Part shown: positions 18,102 through 26,890 of the stretch, piece by piece
How the letters are laid out: each line of letters begins with the position of its first letter
Position numbering within the stretch: the first letter of the stretch is position 1
Source of the DNA: Burkholderiales bacterium
GTDB taxonomy: Bacteria; Pseudomonadota; Gammaproteobacteria; Burkholderiales; JAEUOS01
Reading direction: 5' to 3'
Assembly (NCBI GenBank): GCA_031430015.1
Contig: JANPAR010000221.1
Span: 3,201 to 67,200 of the forward strand
DNA length: 64,000 bases
Notes under the pieces: model-generated
Databases searched by the model: none
Told to the model about the DNA's origin: nothing
Seen by the model: the letters and a program-made list of their open reading frames with translations, nothing else
Position numbers and translations under genes: made by a program

Positions 18102-18878
18102 ATGTCCGTGACCCAACTGAAGTCTCTCCGCCCTGTCGCCGGCGCTGATGCGCCACGCCAAGCCAATATCCACCTTGCTGCGGCCTACCGCTTGGCAGTG
18201 TTCGATGACCTCGAAGAAGGCATCGACAACCACTTCACCATGACAGTGCCGGGTTGTGATGATCGCTACCTGATCCTGCCATTCGGCCTGCATTGGTCCG
18301 AAGCCCGTGCCAGCGACATGATCGTCTTCAACGAACAAGGCGAAACGCTTGAAGGCGAAGGCGTGGTGGAGCTGTCGGCGCAGTGCATCCACGCGCCGAT
18401 CCACCGCATCACCGGCGCGAGGGTCGTGCTGCACACCCACCAGACCTGGGCTGTGGCGCTCAACATGCTCAAAGACAACCGCCTCTTGCCAGCGAGCCAG
18501 ACCGCTGCGTTTTTCCACGGCCATGTCGCCTACGACGATACCTACCAAGGCACGGCAGACTTCGTTGAAGAGGGTGAGCGCCTCGCACACCTGATCGGCA
18601 AGAAGCAGGTGCTGTTCATGAAGAACCATGGCGTGCTGGTGGTGGGCGACACCGTGGCGCAGGCCTACCGGCGGCTCTACAAGCTCGAACGCGTCTGCCG
18701 CGCCCAGGTGCTGGCGATGAGCACCGGCCAGCCGCTGCAAATTCTCTCTGACGACATCGTGGCGCAGGTGCAATCGCCACCGCCGGATGACCGGCATGTC
18801 CGCAGCGAGCGCGAGCGCCTCTACTTCGAAGCCATGATGCGCGTGCTCGACCGGGAGCTACCGGGCTATGCCGACTGA
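18102..18878 (+). CDS. class II aldolase/adducin-family protein
   Basis: Trimmed to the ATG at 18102. AAYRLAVFDDLEEGIDNHFT..., VVLHTHQTWAVAL and FMKNHGVLVVGDTVAQAY are typical of this family. Confidence 0.85.
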   Translation: MSVTQLKSLRPVAGADAPRQANIHLAAAYRLAVFDDLEEGIDNHFTMTVPGCDDRYLILPFGLHWSEARASDMIVFNEQGETLEGEGVVELSAQCIHAPIHRITGARVVLHTHQTWAVALNMLKDNRLLPASQTAAFFHGHVAYDDTYQGTADFVEEGERLAHLIGKKQVLFMKNHGVLVVGDTVAQAYRRLYKLERVCRAQVLAMSTGQPLQILSDDIVAQVQSPPPDDRHVRSERERLYFEAMMRVLDRELPGYAD

Positions 18879-18922
18879 TTTGCGCACTTTGCGCTTAACG
18901 CACCAACCTGCAGGAGACAGCA

Positions 18923-19507
18923 ATGAGTGAACCACGCTTGGTCGATCCCGGTGAAGTCGTCATGACCGGGGAAAATTCCTTCATCCGCCTCTCGGACGAT
19001 GGCGGCAAAACACTGGTTGACCGGGTCAGCCATTGGCGCGTGCTGTGGTCACCGGCGGGGCCGGGGCATGCGCTCTTCATCGACAGCCCGCTCACCGGCG
19101 ACGGGCCGGTGGTCTATGCCGACAACATCGGCATGGCGCGCTTTCTGCAGCGCCGCATCGAGTCATTCCTGCACGCCCCTTTCGGTGATGAATCGCTACC
19201 GGTCATCGATGCCGAGTTTGCGCGCACCGGCAATGCACTCGCCACCGTCGAAGAGCGCATTTCGTCCGATGATGGCGAGATCGTGCTGGCCTGGTGGGAT
19301 CTCTTGCCGGCGTTCGTGATCACCGTGCCTCCCGGGCAAATGAACCGGCCGCTTGGCGTCTACAGCACCTTTTTTCCGGCACGCGGCGCGCAGTTGTCAG
19401 TGAACGGCGAAGCCGCCACGGCCAAGCCGTTCGCGCAGGATCGCTCTGGCAAGGCGTCCTCAAGCTGTGTGCTGGCGTGGTCGGAGACCTGGGTGGGGCC
19501 GGGCTGA
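18923..19507 (+). CDS. hypothetical protein (no family recognised)
   Basis: 194 aa ORF with AGGAGA SD, 44 nt downstream of the aldolase gene. Host-like codon bias. Confidence 0.6.
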   Translation: MSEPRLVDPGEVVMTGENSFIRLSDDGGKTLVDRVSHWRVLWSPAGPGHALFIDSPLTGDGPVVYADNIGMARFLQRRIESFLHAPFGDESLPVIDAEFARTGNALATVEERISSDDGEIVLAWWDLLPAFVITVPPGQMNRPLGVYSTFFPARGAQLSVNGEAATAKPFAQDRSGKASSSCVLAWSETWVGPG

Positions 19508-19554
19508 GCAGCGCAGCCTGAGCGGCACGGCCTGAGTTCGCGCAGCAGCACCAG

Positions 19555-19585
19555 CCGCAAACCCTTGTCTACCAAGGGTTTGCGG
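19555..19585. terminator. perfect 13-bp stem / 5-nt loop hairpin between convergent genes
   Basis: CCGCAAACCCTTG-TCTAC-CAAGGGTTTGCGG. Only a weak T-run follows (CGTTTGG). The stem contains a variant of the dispersed repeat core. Confidence 0.55.
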
Positions 19586-19613
19586 CGTTTGGTCAGCCCG
19601 GCGTTCGGTAAGC

Positions 19614-21005
19614 CTAATCGAGCGGTTTCAAGCCTTCCAGCAAGGTCGGGATCAACTCCGAAACCGTCGGGTGGATGTGCATGGCGCGCCCGATTGCTTC
19701 GTACGACAGACCCGCAGTCATGACATCGATGATCGAGTGAATCGCTTCATCGCCCTCGATGCCGAGCAGGGCCGCGCCGAGTATTTTTTTCGACTCCGCA
19801 TCGACCAGCACCTTCATGAATCCTTGCGTCTCGCCGCGTTCGCGCGCACGGCCGACACGTGCCATCGGCATCTTGGCGCGTAGGGCCTGGCGCCCGCTCT
19901 TCTCACAGGCGGCGCGCACTTCGCGCTCGCTCATGCCGACCCGCCCAAGCGGCGGGTCGACGAATAACGCATAGGCGGGGATGCGCTCGCTCACGCGCCG
20001 CGCGCCGCCATCGAGCAGATTGGCGGCCACGATTTCGTAGTCGTTCCACGAGGTATGGGTGAACGCGCCGCGGCCGTTCGCGTCACCCAGAGCCCAGATG
20101 CCGGGCACGTTGGTGCGCAACTCGTCGTCGACGGTGATGAAGCCGCGTGCGTCGACGGCGACGCCGGCCGCCTCCAGCCCGAGATCGGCGGTGTTGGGCA
20201 CGCGCCCCACGGCCACCAGCAAATGGCTGCCCACTAGTTGCTCGTCGGCGTTGCCGCAATTGACGCCTACCGCAACGCCTTCGCCATGTTTTGATACATT
20301 CAAGCAAGTGGCATTGAGCCGGAACTCGATGCCCTCGCGCTCGAGGATGGCGCGGATCGCATCGGAGACATCATCATCTTCGCGCCCGATCAGGCGTGGG
20401 CCTTTTTCGATCACCGTCACCTGCGCACCGAAGCGCCGCATCATCTGCGCAAACTCCAGCCCGATGTAGCTGCCGCCGATGATCAAGAGGTGTTGCGGCA
20501 CGATGTCGAGCTCCATCACGCGTGAGCTGTCAAGCCAGGCCACCTCGTCCAGACCGGGAATGTCGGGCACGCTCGAGCGCCCGCCAACGTTGATGAAAAT
20601 CTCCGGCGCTTCGAGCAGCGCGTCGCTCACCCGCACGGACTGCGGCCCTTCGAGGCGCGCATGACCTTGCAACACCGTGAGGCCGCGCGTCGAGCGCAGC
20701 CACTGCTCCACGCCCTTGGTCGACTGGCTCACTACGTCGTTTTTGCGCGCCATGACGCGCGCCATGTCGATGCGGAAGCCGGCGTCGATCATCACGCCGA
20801 AATGGTCGCCGGTACGCGCCACGTGCGCCGCGCGCGCACTCGCTACCAGCGTCTTGGTCGGCACGCAGCCGACGTTCACGCAGGTGCCGCCGAAACGCTT
20901 GCGCTCGATGATGGCGGTGTTGCGCCCCGCTTTGGCGAGGCGCGCGGCAAGTGCGGGACCGGCCTGGCCGGTGCCGATGACGATGGCGTCGTATGGGGTG
21001 GGCAT
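19614..21005 (-). CDS. FAD-dependent pyridine nucleotide-disulfide oxidoreductase (class I, dihydrolipoamide dehydrogenase/MerA-like fold)
   Basis: Trimmed to the ATG at 21005. YDAIVIGTGQAGPA (FAD), redox-active GGTCVNVGCVPTK, and a dimerisation-domain HIHPTVSE motif. Confidence 0.9.
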   Translation of the reverse strand: MPTPYDAIVIGTGQAGPALAARLAKAGRNTAIIERKRFGGTCVNVGCVPTKTLVASARAAHVARTGDHFGVMIDAGFRIDMARVMARKNDVVSQSTKGVEQWLRSTRGLTVLQGHARLEGPQSVRVSDALLEAPEIFINVGGRSSVPDIPGLDEVAWLDSSRVMELDIVPQHLLIIGGSYIGLEFAQMMRRFGAQVTVIEKGPRLIGREDDDVSDAIRAILEREGIEFRLNATCLNVSKHGEGVAVGVNCGNADEQLVGSHLLVAVGRVPNTADLGLEAAGVAVDARGFITVDDELRTNVPGIWALGDANGRGAFTHTSWNDYEIVAANLLDGGARRVSERIPAYALFVDPPLGRVGMSEREVRAACEKSGRQALRAKMPMARVGRARERGETQGFMKVLVDAESKKILGAALLGIEGDEAIHSIIDVMTAGLSYEAIGRAMHIHPTVSELIPTLLEGLKPLD

Positions 21006-21279
21006 GGCGGTTTCTTGGTTAATGTCGGTTAAAGGACGGCCAGGCAAATGCTGTTCATTGTCTGCTTGCGCCACAATACGCCAATTCGGATGGGCACTGA
21101 CAGAATGAGCCTCGCAATCGATCGCGTTCAAAGGAAGTTCAATCAACCGATTGAGTTGGCGCAACATGCGTCGAGCCCAAAGGTGCGTTGCCCATTCGAG
21201 GTAGCCTCGCTTCCACAGCTATACAGCGGGGTGGCGTGATGGCCCGCAATCTGCTGCATCCAACGCAACATTTTCTTGG

Positions 21280-22356
21280 TTGCGTGACGCGGTGGCGTCC
21301 GCCTTGACGCTGCGCAGTTGGCCCGCCTTGCGCGGCGGCCTGTTTGCGCTGGGTGCGGCTCTGTTGTTCGGCGCAAGCACGCCCCTGGTGCAGCGCTTCG
21401 GCCTCAACGTCAGCAGCTTCTGGACTGCGGCGCTGCTGTACGCGGGCGCAGCGCTGGTCGGCGCACTGTCATTGCGTCCCCAGTCGCAAGAGGCGCGTTT
21501 GCGCACGGCTGATCTGCCGCGCCTCGCGGCAATGGCGGCATGCGGCGCTGCGTTGGGGCCGGTGTTGCTGGTCTGGGGCCTGGCGCATACCAGCGGCACC
21601 AGCGCATCCTTGATGCTGACGCTTGAAGCCGTGTTCACCGTGGTTCTCGCGCGCTGGCTGTACGCCGAGCAGATGGACCGCCGGGTCAAGGCCGCGCTGG
21701 GTCTGCTCACTGCGGGGGGTGTGCTGTTGGTACTGGACCAGGCGCAGGCTGCAGGCGACACACAATGGCTCGGCTTGCTGGCCGTGCTCGGCGCGACGGC
21801 AGCGTGGGGGCTGGACAATACCTTGTCGCGCAGCCTTGCGGAGCGCGACCCCGGCCAGGTGGTGCTGGGCAAATCGCTGTTGGGTGCATTGGCGACCGCC
21901 GGTATGGGTTTCGCGTTCGGCGCGCCGCTTCCACCGCGCGATGCGGCGCTGGCGCTGCTGCTAATTGGCGCAACCGGCTATGGCCTAAGCCTGCGCCTGT
22001 ATCTGCTGGCGCAGCGCGAATTCGGCGCCGCGCGCACCGGGTCGGTATTTGCATTTGCCCCTTTTCTCGGCGCAGTGCTGGCGTATGCGCTGGGCGAGCG
22101 TGGCGCGTCAGTCTGGCTTATCGCGGGTGCGCTGCTGATGTTGGCCGGTGTGCTGTTGCACCTGATGGAGCGGCACGCGCACGAGCATGCCCACGAAGCG
22201 CTGGAGCACGAGCATGCGCACACCCACGATGACGGGCACCATACCCATCTGCATATGTCACCCTCCGCGGCGGCGCATAGCCATCAGCACAGGCATGAAC
22301 CCCTGGTTCACGTTCATCCGCACACACCGGACGCGCACCACGTCCACCGCCATTGA
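21280..22356 (+). CDS. DMT (EamA-like) transporter with His-rich C-terminal extension
   Basis: About 10 hydrophobic segments with EamA-like repeats. The last ~65 aa contain about 24 His by eye count (HAHEHAHEALEHEHAHTHDDGHHTHLH...HSHQHRHEPLVHVHPHTPDAHHVHRH). TTG start is uncertain. Confidence 0.8.
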   Translation: MRDAVASALTLRSWPALRGGLFALGAALLFGASTPLVQRFGLNVSSFWTAALLYAGAALVGALSLRPQSQEARLRTADLPRLAAMAACGAALGPVLLVWGLAHTSGTSASLMLTLEAVFTVVLARWLYAEQMDRRVKAALGLLTAGGVLLVLDQAQAAGDTQWLGLLAVLGATAAWGLDNTLSRSLAERDPGQVVLGKSLLGALATAGMGFAFGAPLPPRDAALALLLIGATGYGLSLRLYLLAQREFGAARTGSVFAFAPFLGAVLAYALGERGASVWLIAGALLMLAGVLLHLMERHAHEHAHEALEHEHAHTHDDGHHTHLHMSPSAAAHSHQHRHEPLVHVHPHTPDAHHVHRH

Positions 22357-22376
22357 TTCCCGCAAAAGGCGGCTCC

Positions 22377-22444
22377 AGGAGGCGCTCGTACCAACGCTTT
22401 CCATGATGTTGTCATGAAGAGTGGCTCGCACCAAGGCGTTTTGC
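22377..22444 (+). repeat. two tandemly spaced copies of the dispersed repeat
   Basis: AGGAGGCGCTCGTACCAACGCTTTCC and AAGAGTGGCTCGCACCAAGGCGTTTTGC. Confidence 0.6.
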
Positions 22445-22595
22445 CCGGCTCCATGCTGGCTTGCCGTCTCTCGCAGGAACGCACCGGCTCTTGATCTGCC
22501 TCAACCAGCCCCGATCTTCAGGGTGCATCATCCAATCCATAATGGCCTTTGGGCTGCACCGCATTGTTGAAATGCATATTCTTGGAGAACACAGC

Positions 22596-23258
22596 ATGCG
22601 CAAACTATTGATGGCATTCATCGCCGGGTTGTCCTTGACCCTCAGCGGTTGCGGCTACAACGATTTCCAGCGCGGTGACGAAGCCGTCAAGGCGAGCTGG
22701 TCCGAGGTGGTGAACCAGTACCAGCGCCGCGCTGACCTGGTGCCCAACCTGGTCAACATCGTCAAGGCAGAGGCCAACTTTGAACAAACCACGCTCACCA
22801 AAGTGATTGAGGCGCGCTCCAGGGCCACCTCGATCCAGGCGACGCCGGAGCTGATCAACGATCCGGCTGCTTTCCAGAAATTCCAGGCGGCGCAGGGGGA
22901 ATTGTCAGGCGCGCTGTCGCGTTTGCTGGTGGTCACGGAGAATTACCCGAACCTCAAGGCCAACCAGGGATTTCGCGACTTGCAGGCGCAGCTGGAAGGC
23001 ACGGAAAACCGCATCACCGTGGCGCGCAACCGCTACATCAAGTCGGTGCAGGAATACAACGTGACGGTGCGCTCGTTCCCGTCGAACCTGACGGCGATGG
23101 TGTTCGGCTACAAAGACAAGCCCAACTTCACGGTGGAAAACGAGAAGGCGATTTCGGTTGCGCCCAAGGTTGACTTTGACGCTCCCAAGGCTGCGCCTGC
23201 CGCCCCCGTCGCACCCGCCGCACCAGCGGCTCCTGCTGGAGTAGCAGCGCCCAAGTGA
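22596..23258 (+). CDS. lemA: LemA-family lipoprotein
   Basis: Trimmed to the ATG at 22596. Lipobox LTLSGC. LemA signature: WSEVVNQYQRRADLVPNLVNIVK...NRITVARNRYIKSVQEYN. Confidence 0.9.
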   Translation: MRKLLMAFIAGLSLTLSGCGYNDFQRGDEAVKASWSEVVNQYQRRADLVPNLVNIVKAEANFEQTTLTKVIEARSRATSIQATPELINDPAAFQKFQAAQGELSGALSRLLVVTENYPNLKANQGFRDLQAQLEGTENRITVARNRYIKSVQEYNVTVRSFPSNLTAMVFGYKDKPNFTVENEKAISVAPKVDFDAPKAAPAAPVAPAAPAAPAGVAAPK

Positions 23259-24136
23259 CAACACTTTTCAGGCGCACGCAGGCGCGCCGGCCGCCGCTTG
23301 CATGGGCGGCCGCCTTCATGGTGGCACTCGCGCTGTTCTGTTCGTGGAGCGCCATTGCCCAGACAGCAGTACCTGCGCTTTCAGGGCGCGTGGTCGACCA
23401 AACCGGCACCCTCAACCGCGACCAGAAGGCAGCGCTCGAACAAACCTTGCAGGCGTTTGAAGCGCGCAAGGGTAGCCAGGTGGCGGTGTTGCTGGTGCCG
23501 ACCACCGAGCCGGAGACCATTGAACAGTTTTCCCTGCGCGTCGCCGAGCAATGGAAGCTGGGCCGAAAAAAAGTGGATGACGGTGCCCTGCTGATCGTTG
23601 CAAAGAATGACCGCACCCTGCGCATTGAAGTCGGTTACGGCCTCGAAGGCGCACTCGGTGATCTGGTGGCCAAACGCATCGTAAGCGACGTGATCGTGCC
23701 ACGCTTCAAGCAGCAGGATTTTGCCGGCGGCATCGCGGCCGGGGTCGACCAGATGATTCGCGTCATCGACGGCGAGGCCCTACCGCCCCCGCGCGCTGCC
23801 TCCCGCAGCAGCAGCCTGGGCGACCTTGAGCAGTATGCGCCGATCCTGTTCGTGCTGGCCATGGTGGCAGGCGGGATTCTGCGCTCGATGCTGGGTCGAT
23901 TTCCCGGTGCACTGGTCACCGGCGGCGTGGTCGCGGTGTTGGCGTGGTTCCTGGTGGGTGCGATCTCCATCGCCCTGATCGCCGGCGTGATTGCTCTGGT
24001 GGTCACGCTTACCGGCGGCGGGCGCGGCATCGGCGGCTTTGGCGGTGGCAGCATCGGCGGCCGGGGCGGCAGTTCCGGTGGCTTCGGTGGCGGCGGCGGC
24101 AGTTTTGGCGGCGGTGGCGCCTCGGGCCGATGGTAA
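23255..24136 (+). CDS. TPM-domain protein (YgcG-like) with TM segments and Gly-rich tail
   Basis: GTGA overlap with the lemA stop. Signal peptide present. TPM core: VVDQTGTLNRDQKAALEQTL...VAVLLVPT...LLIVAKNDRTLRIEVGYGLEGAL. GGFGGG repeats at the C-terminus. Confidence 0.85.
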   Translation: MTTLFRRTQARRPPLAWAAAFMVALALFCSWSAIAQTAVPALSGRVVDQTGTLNRDQKAALEQTLQAFEARKGSQVAVLLVPTTEPETIEQFSLRVAEQWKLGRKKVDDGALLIVAKNDRTLRIEVGYGLEGALGDLVAKRIVSDVIVPRFKQQDFAGGIAAGVDQMIRVIDGEALPPPRAASRSSSLGDLEQYAPILFVLAMVAGGILRSMLGRFPGALVTGGVVAVLAWFLVGAISIALIAGVIALVVTLTGGGRGIGGFGGGSIGGRGGSSGGFGGGGGSFGGGGASGRW

Positions 24137-24154
24137 ACGGGTAGGCGGACAACC

Positions 24155-24655
24155 ATGATGAACATCAAACGCATTGCCCGGCATCTGGCCATGACGCATT
24201 GGCAGGTCAATCGCACCTTCCGGCTTCATGCGCTGCGTGCAATTGAAAACGCCATCAAGGCGAGCGAAGCCGCGCATACCGGTGAAATCCGCTTTGTGAT
24301 CGAAGGCGCGCTTGATGGTGCCGCGCTGTGGCACGGACAGTCGGCCCGTGCGCGTGCGATTGACGTGTTCTCGCAACTGCGCGTGTGGGACACCGAGCAC
24401 AACAATGGCCTGCTGATCTACGTGTTGCTGGCCGATCGCGATGTCGAGATCGTGGCCGACCGCGGCGTTCATGCCAAAGTGGGCACGCCGCAATGGGAAA
24501 CCATTTGCCGCGCGATCGAAGGCGCCTTCAAGGCAGGGAAGTATGAGGCCGGGGTGGTCGCGGGCATCCATGCCGCAACGGGGCATCTGGTGAAGCATTT
24601 CCCGGCTGCCGGCGCAAACCCGAACGAGCTGCCGGACAAGCCGGTTATTCTTTAA
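24155..24655 (+). CDS. TPM-domain protein (second member of the lemA module)
   Basis: TGEIRFVIEGAL...NNGLLIYVLLADRDVEIVADRG is a TPM/DUF477-like core. Confidence 0.8.
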   Translation: MMNIKRIARHLAMTHWQVNRTFRLHALRAIENAIKASEAAHTGEIRFVIEGALDGAALWHGQSARARAIDVFSQLRVWDTEHNNGLLIYVLLADRDVEIVADRGVHAKVGTPQWETICRAIEGAFKAGKYEAGVVAGIHAATGHLVKHFPAAGANPNELPDKPVIL

Positions 24656-24680
24656 CGCGACGCTGCTCCGCTGCAAGGCA

Positions 24681-24738
24681 ATGCCACAAGAACCGCTCCC
24701 ATACGGTTTGAGGCGAATTCTCCTCTGCAGCCTAAGGC
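24681..24738 (+). repeat. long form of the dispersed repeat (left bracket of the 1.2 kb cassette)
   Basis: AATGCCACAAGAACCGCTCCCATACGGTTTGAGGCGAATTCTCCTCTGCAGCCTAAGG. By eye it is about 80 percent identical to 25901-25958. Confidence 0.7.
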
Positions 24739-24830
24739 CTGTCCTGCAGCACCCGCAGCACGCGCACAGCGGTTAGAGCGCGGCGCGATGCCGCTTCAAC
24801 AACGGCAATCAGTCAAGCAGCGCGGACTTT

Positions 24831-24922
24831 ATTCTCAATTCAAGAAATAAGAATATTGACAAAAATATGTTTATAAACATATAATTAAAAATAAAATTCT
24901 CAATTCAAGAATAGAGAATATG
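24831..24922 (+). promoter_or_regulatory. AT-rich promoter/operator: direct repeats flanking a sigma70-like promoter with an 18-bp perfect palindrome
   Basis: DR1 at 24831-24855 and DR2 at 24896-24920 match at 22 of 25 positions (ATTCTCAATTCAAGAA...GAATA). TTGACA at 24856-24861, an 18-nt spacer, then TATAAT at 24880-24885. ATATGTTTATAAACATAT (24865-24882) is a perfect palindrome between -35 and -10. DR2 ends at the A of the ATG. Confidence 0.55.
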
Positions 24923-25465
24923 CCGAAATCGACGAATCGCCAGGCGAGCCTCAAACCGCAGGATTTATACGTTCTGCTGGCCATGCTTGCGCGCGACCCG
25001 GCGGCGTCAGGGGCGGTGAGCAATACTGGTCTGGCAGCGCAAACCGGTTTGGCCGCGTCGGCAGTGCATGCCTCGTTGAAGCGCGCAGTGGCAGCACGCC
25101 TGGCGGTGTTTCAGGAGCGCCGCCCGGTATTGCTCAAAACGCAACTGCGCGAGTTTTTGCTGCACGGTGCCAAATATGCATTTGCGCCGGTGGCAAGTTC
25201 GCTCACGCGTGGTGTGCCTACCGGCTACGCAGCGCCACCACTCAACACCATCATCGCGCCATCAAGCGACCCGCCGCCGGTGTGGCCGCACGCCACCGGC
25301 ACGGTGCGTGGCATTGGCATTGCGCCACTCTACCCCTCTGTGCCGGCCGCCGCCCTGCGCGATGCGCGTCTCCACGCAGTGCTCGCGCTGTTCGACGCCC
25401 TGCGCGCAGGCCAGGCGCGCGAGCGCGACGCCGCCATGCGTCTGCTCGATGGCTATTTCCAATGA
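24920..25465 (+). CDS. hypothetical protein with N-terminal winged-helix-like region
   Basis: 181 aa. LKPQDLYVLLAML...TGLAAQTGLAASAVHASLKRAVAARL looks like a wHTH. The C-terminal half has no recognised function. More A/T-ending codons than neighbouring genes. Confidence 0.65.
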   Translation: MPKSTNRQASLKPQDLYVLLAMLARDPAASGAVSNTGLAAQTGLAASAVHASLKRAVAARLAVFQERRPVLLKTQLREFLLHGAKYAFAPVASSLTRGVPTGYAAPPLNTIIAPSSDPPPVWPHATGTVRGIGIAPLYPSVPAAALRDARLHAVLALFDALRAGQARERDAAMRLLDGYFQ

Positions 25466-25667
25466 AAGCGCAAGACCCGAACTGAGAGATGAAGTAGCCG
25501 GTGCGCCTGCTGAACTGCGCGCCTATGCAGCGGGCCGCTGTGCAGCGCTGCTCAACGCGCCGGCCTTCCTCGATGCCTTGCCGGGCCTGATCTTTCCCGA
25601 TGAATCGCAAGCCGCACGCTTGACGATTTTGACGCAGCGGCTGGAGCAATTGGCGGCGCTGGCATAG
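25449..25667 (+). CDS. possible small ORF (72 aa) overlapping the end of the wHTH gene; may be a remnant
   Basis: An ATG within ...GATGGCTATTTCC... overlaps the upstream gene by 17 nt. Third-position GC is weak and no family is recognised. Confidence 0.3.
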   Translation: MAISNESARPELRDEVAGAPAELRAYAAGRCAALLNAPAFLDALPGLIFPDESQAARLTILTQRLEQLAALA

Positions 25668-25675
25668 CGCTGCGC

Positions 25676-25753
25676 GTGGTCAAGAATGACCGCACCATGC
25701 AGATTGAAGAGGGCTACGGCACCGGAGGCGCGCTTGATGGAAGGCGCGCTTGA
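25676..25753 (+). pseudogene. TPM-domain gene fragment
   Basis: Translates to VVKNDRTMQIEEGYGTGGALDGRRA*. This parallels LIVAKNDRTLRIEVGYGLEGALGD of the gene at 23255-24136, and the DNA similarity is visible (aagaatgaccgcacc). Confidence 0.55.
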
Positions 25754-25900
25754 CAGAAGGCGCTATGGGCGAGGGCAATTTCGGCATCAAGGTTGATGCG
25801 CGTGCGCAGTATTTGCGGCTGACGCCCGATATCCTCACGCGTCCCGCAGAGATCACGGATGCGGCGGCGGCAGTTGCACGCGCATGCCGCGCCCTCGGGT

Positions 25901-25958
25901 AATGCACCAAGAGCTCCTCCCACCAACGGTTTTCGGCGAATTCCCCTCTGCGGATTAA
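25901..25958 (+). repeat. long form of the dispersed repeat (right bracket of the cassette)
   Basis: AATGCACCAAGAGCTCCTCCCACCAACGGTTTTCGGCGAATTCCCCTCTGCGGATTAACG. Confidence 0.7.
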
Positions 25959-26890
25959 CGCGTATCCGGCCGCGCCAGCAGCGCACGCACGGCCGGCAAT
26001 GTGCGCCGCGCCGCCGCTTCACCAGCGGCAATCAGCATTTCACGATCCTTGAATCCGTATTGGGTGGTGGTGACCGGAATATCCGGCGCGATCACCAGAT
26101 CAGCGGCGCTGATTTCAGTTTCCTTCAACCGCCAGGTCTGCACCAGAAAGGTCTGGAACATCACGTCAATGGGCGAGCGCAGCGTGCCGCTGTCGGCCGG
26201 CGGATAGATGACGTCGACGGCGATCACGACACGCGCGCCGAGCCCGCGCGCGATGCGTGCCCGCAACGGGCTCGATAGCCCCCCGTCTGCATACAACTTG
26301 CCCTGGATTTCCACCGGATCGAACACGCCGGGAACCGCGCTGGACGCGTGCACAGCATGGCCAGCGTCGCCACGCGTGAACGCGACGGCATTGCCGCTGC
26401 CCATATCAGTTGCCACCGCGGCAAACGGGATCGGCATTTTCTCGATCGGGCGGTGGCCGACATGCTCGCCAACGAACCCATGCAGGGCGTTGCCGGCCAG
26501 CAGGCCCAGGCTTTTCAGGCGCAGCAGGCGCGACCAGTCGGCGTCCGAAGTGAAGACACCGTCGGCCTGATGAGTCAGAGCTTCGAGCGCGGCGGCTTTC
26601 ATGCCGGAGGCGTACAGGGCCCCGACGATGCTGCCGCCGCTGGTGCCGACGATCAGATCTGGGCGGATGCCGGCTTCTCCCAAAACCTTGAGGACCCCGT
26701 TGTGGGCGAAGGCGCGCGCCGCGCCGCCCGACAAGACCAGTGCCATCGCTTGTCCGCCAAGTGGTTTGGCGCGCGGTGCGGCGTGCGGCGGATCGACCAC
26801 CTCGGGCATGCGGGGGGTGAGGAAGGCGCAGCTTGTCAACAAGGCGGCGGCGCATGCGCAGACCAGCGCCGATTCAAATCGTCGATGCAT
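25955..26890 (-). CDS. patatin-like phospholipase lipoprotein
   Basis: Lipobox LLTSC. Oxyanion LSGGAARAF, nucleophile GTSGG, catalytic Asp in YADGGL. The ATG at 26890 overlaps the cusA stop (26874) by 17 nt. Confidence 0.85.
   Translation of the reverse strand: MHRRFESALVCACAAALLTSCAFLTPRMPEVVDPPHAAPRAKPLGGQAMALVLSGGAARAFAHNGVLKVLGEAGIRPDLIVGTSGGSIVGALYASGMKAAALEALTHQADGVFTSDADWSRLLRLKSLGLLAGNALHGFVGEHVGHRPIEKMPIPFAAVATDMGSGNAVAFTRGDAGHAVHASSAVPGVFDPVEIQGKLYADGGLSSPLRARIARGLGARVVIAVDVIYPPADSGTLRSPIDVMFQTFLVQTWRLKETEISAADLVIAPDIPVTTTQYGFKDREMLIAAGEAAARRTLPAVRALLARPDTR

Noticed and set aside
19614-21005. Calling the disulfide oxidoreductase a mercuric reductase (MerA)
   Set aside because: It has the CxxxxC redox pair but lacks both the N-terminal HMA (NmerA) domain and the C-terminal Cys-Cys pair needed for Hg(II) handover. 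No mer genes are adjacent.
21263-21285. Small inverted repeat ACGCAAC-N9-GTTGCGT at the predicted DMT transporter start
   Set aside because: The arms are only 7 bp and there is no second copy or known consensus. That is insufficient to call an operator or attenuator.
24865-24882. The palindrome ATATGTTTATAAACATAT as a LexA/SOS box or Fur box
   Set aside because: The LexA box of proteobacteria is CTGT-N8-ACAG. Here the arms are ATGT/ACAT separated by only 6 nt, and there is no resemblance to the GATAATGATAATCATTATC Fur consensus. I kept it only as an unassigned operator.
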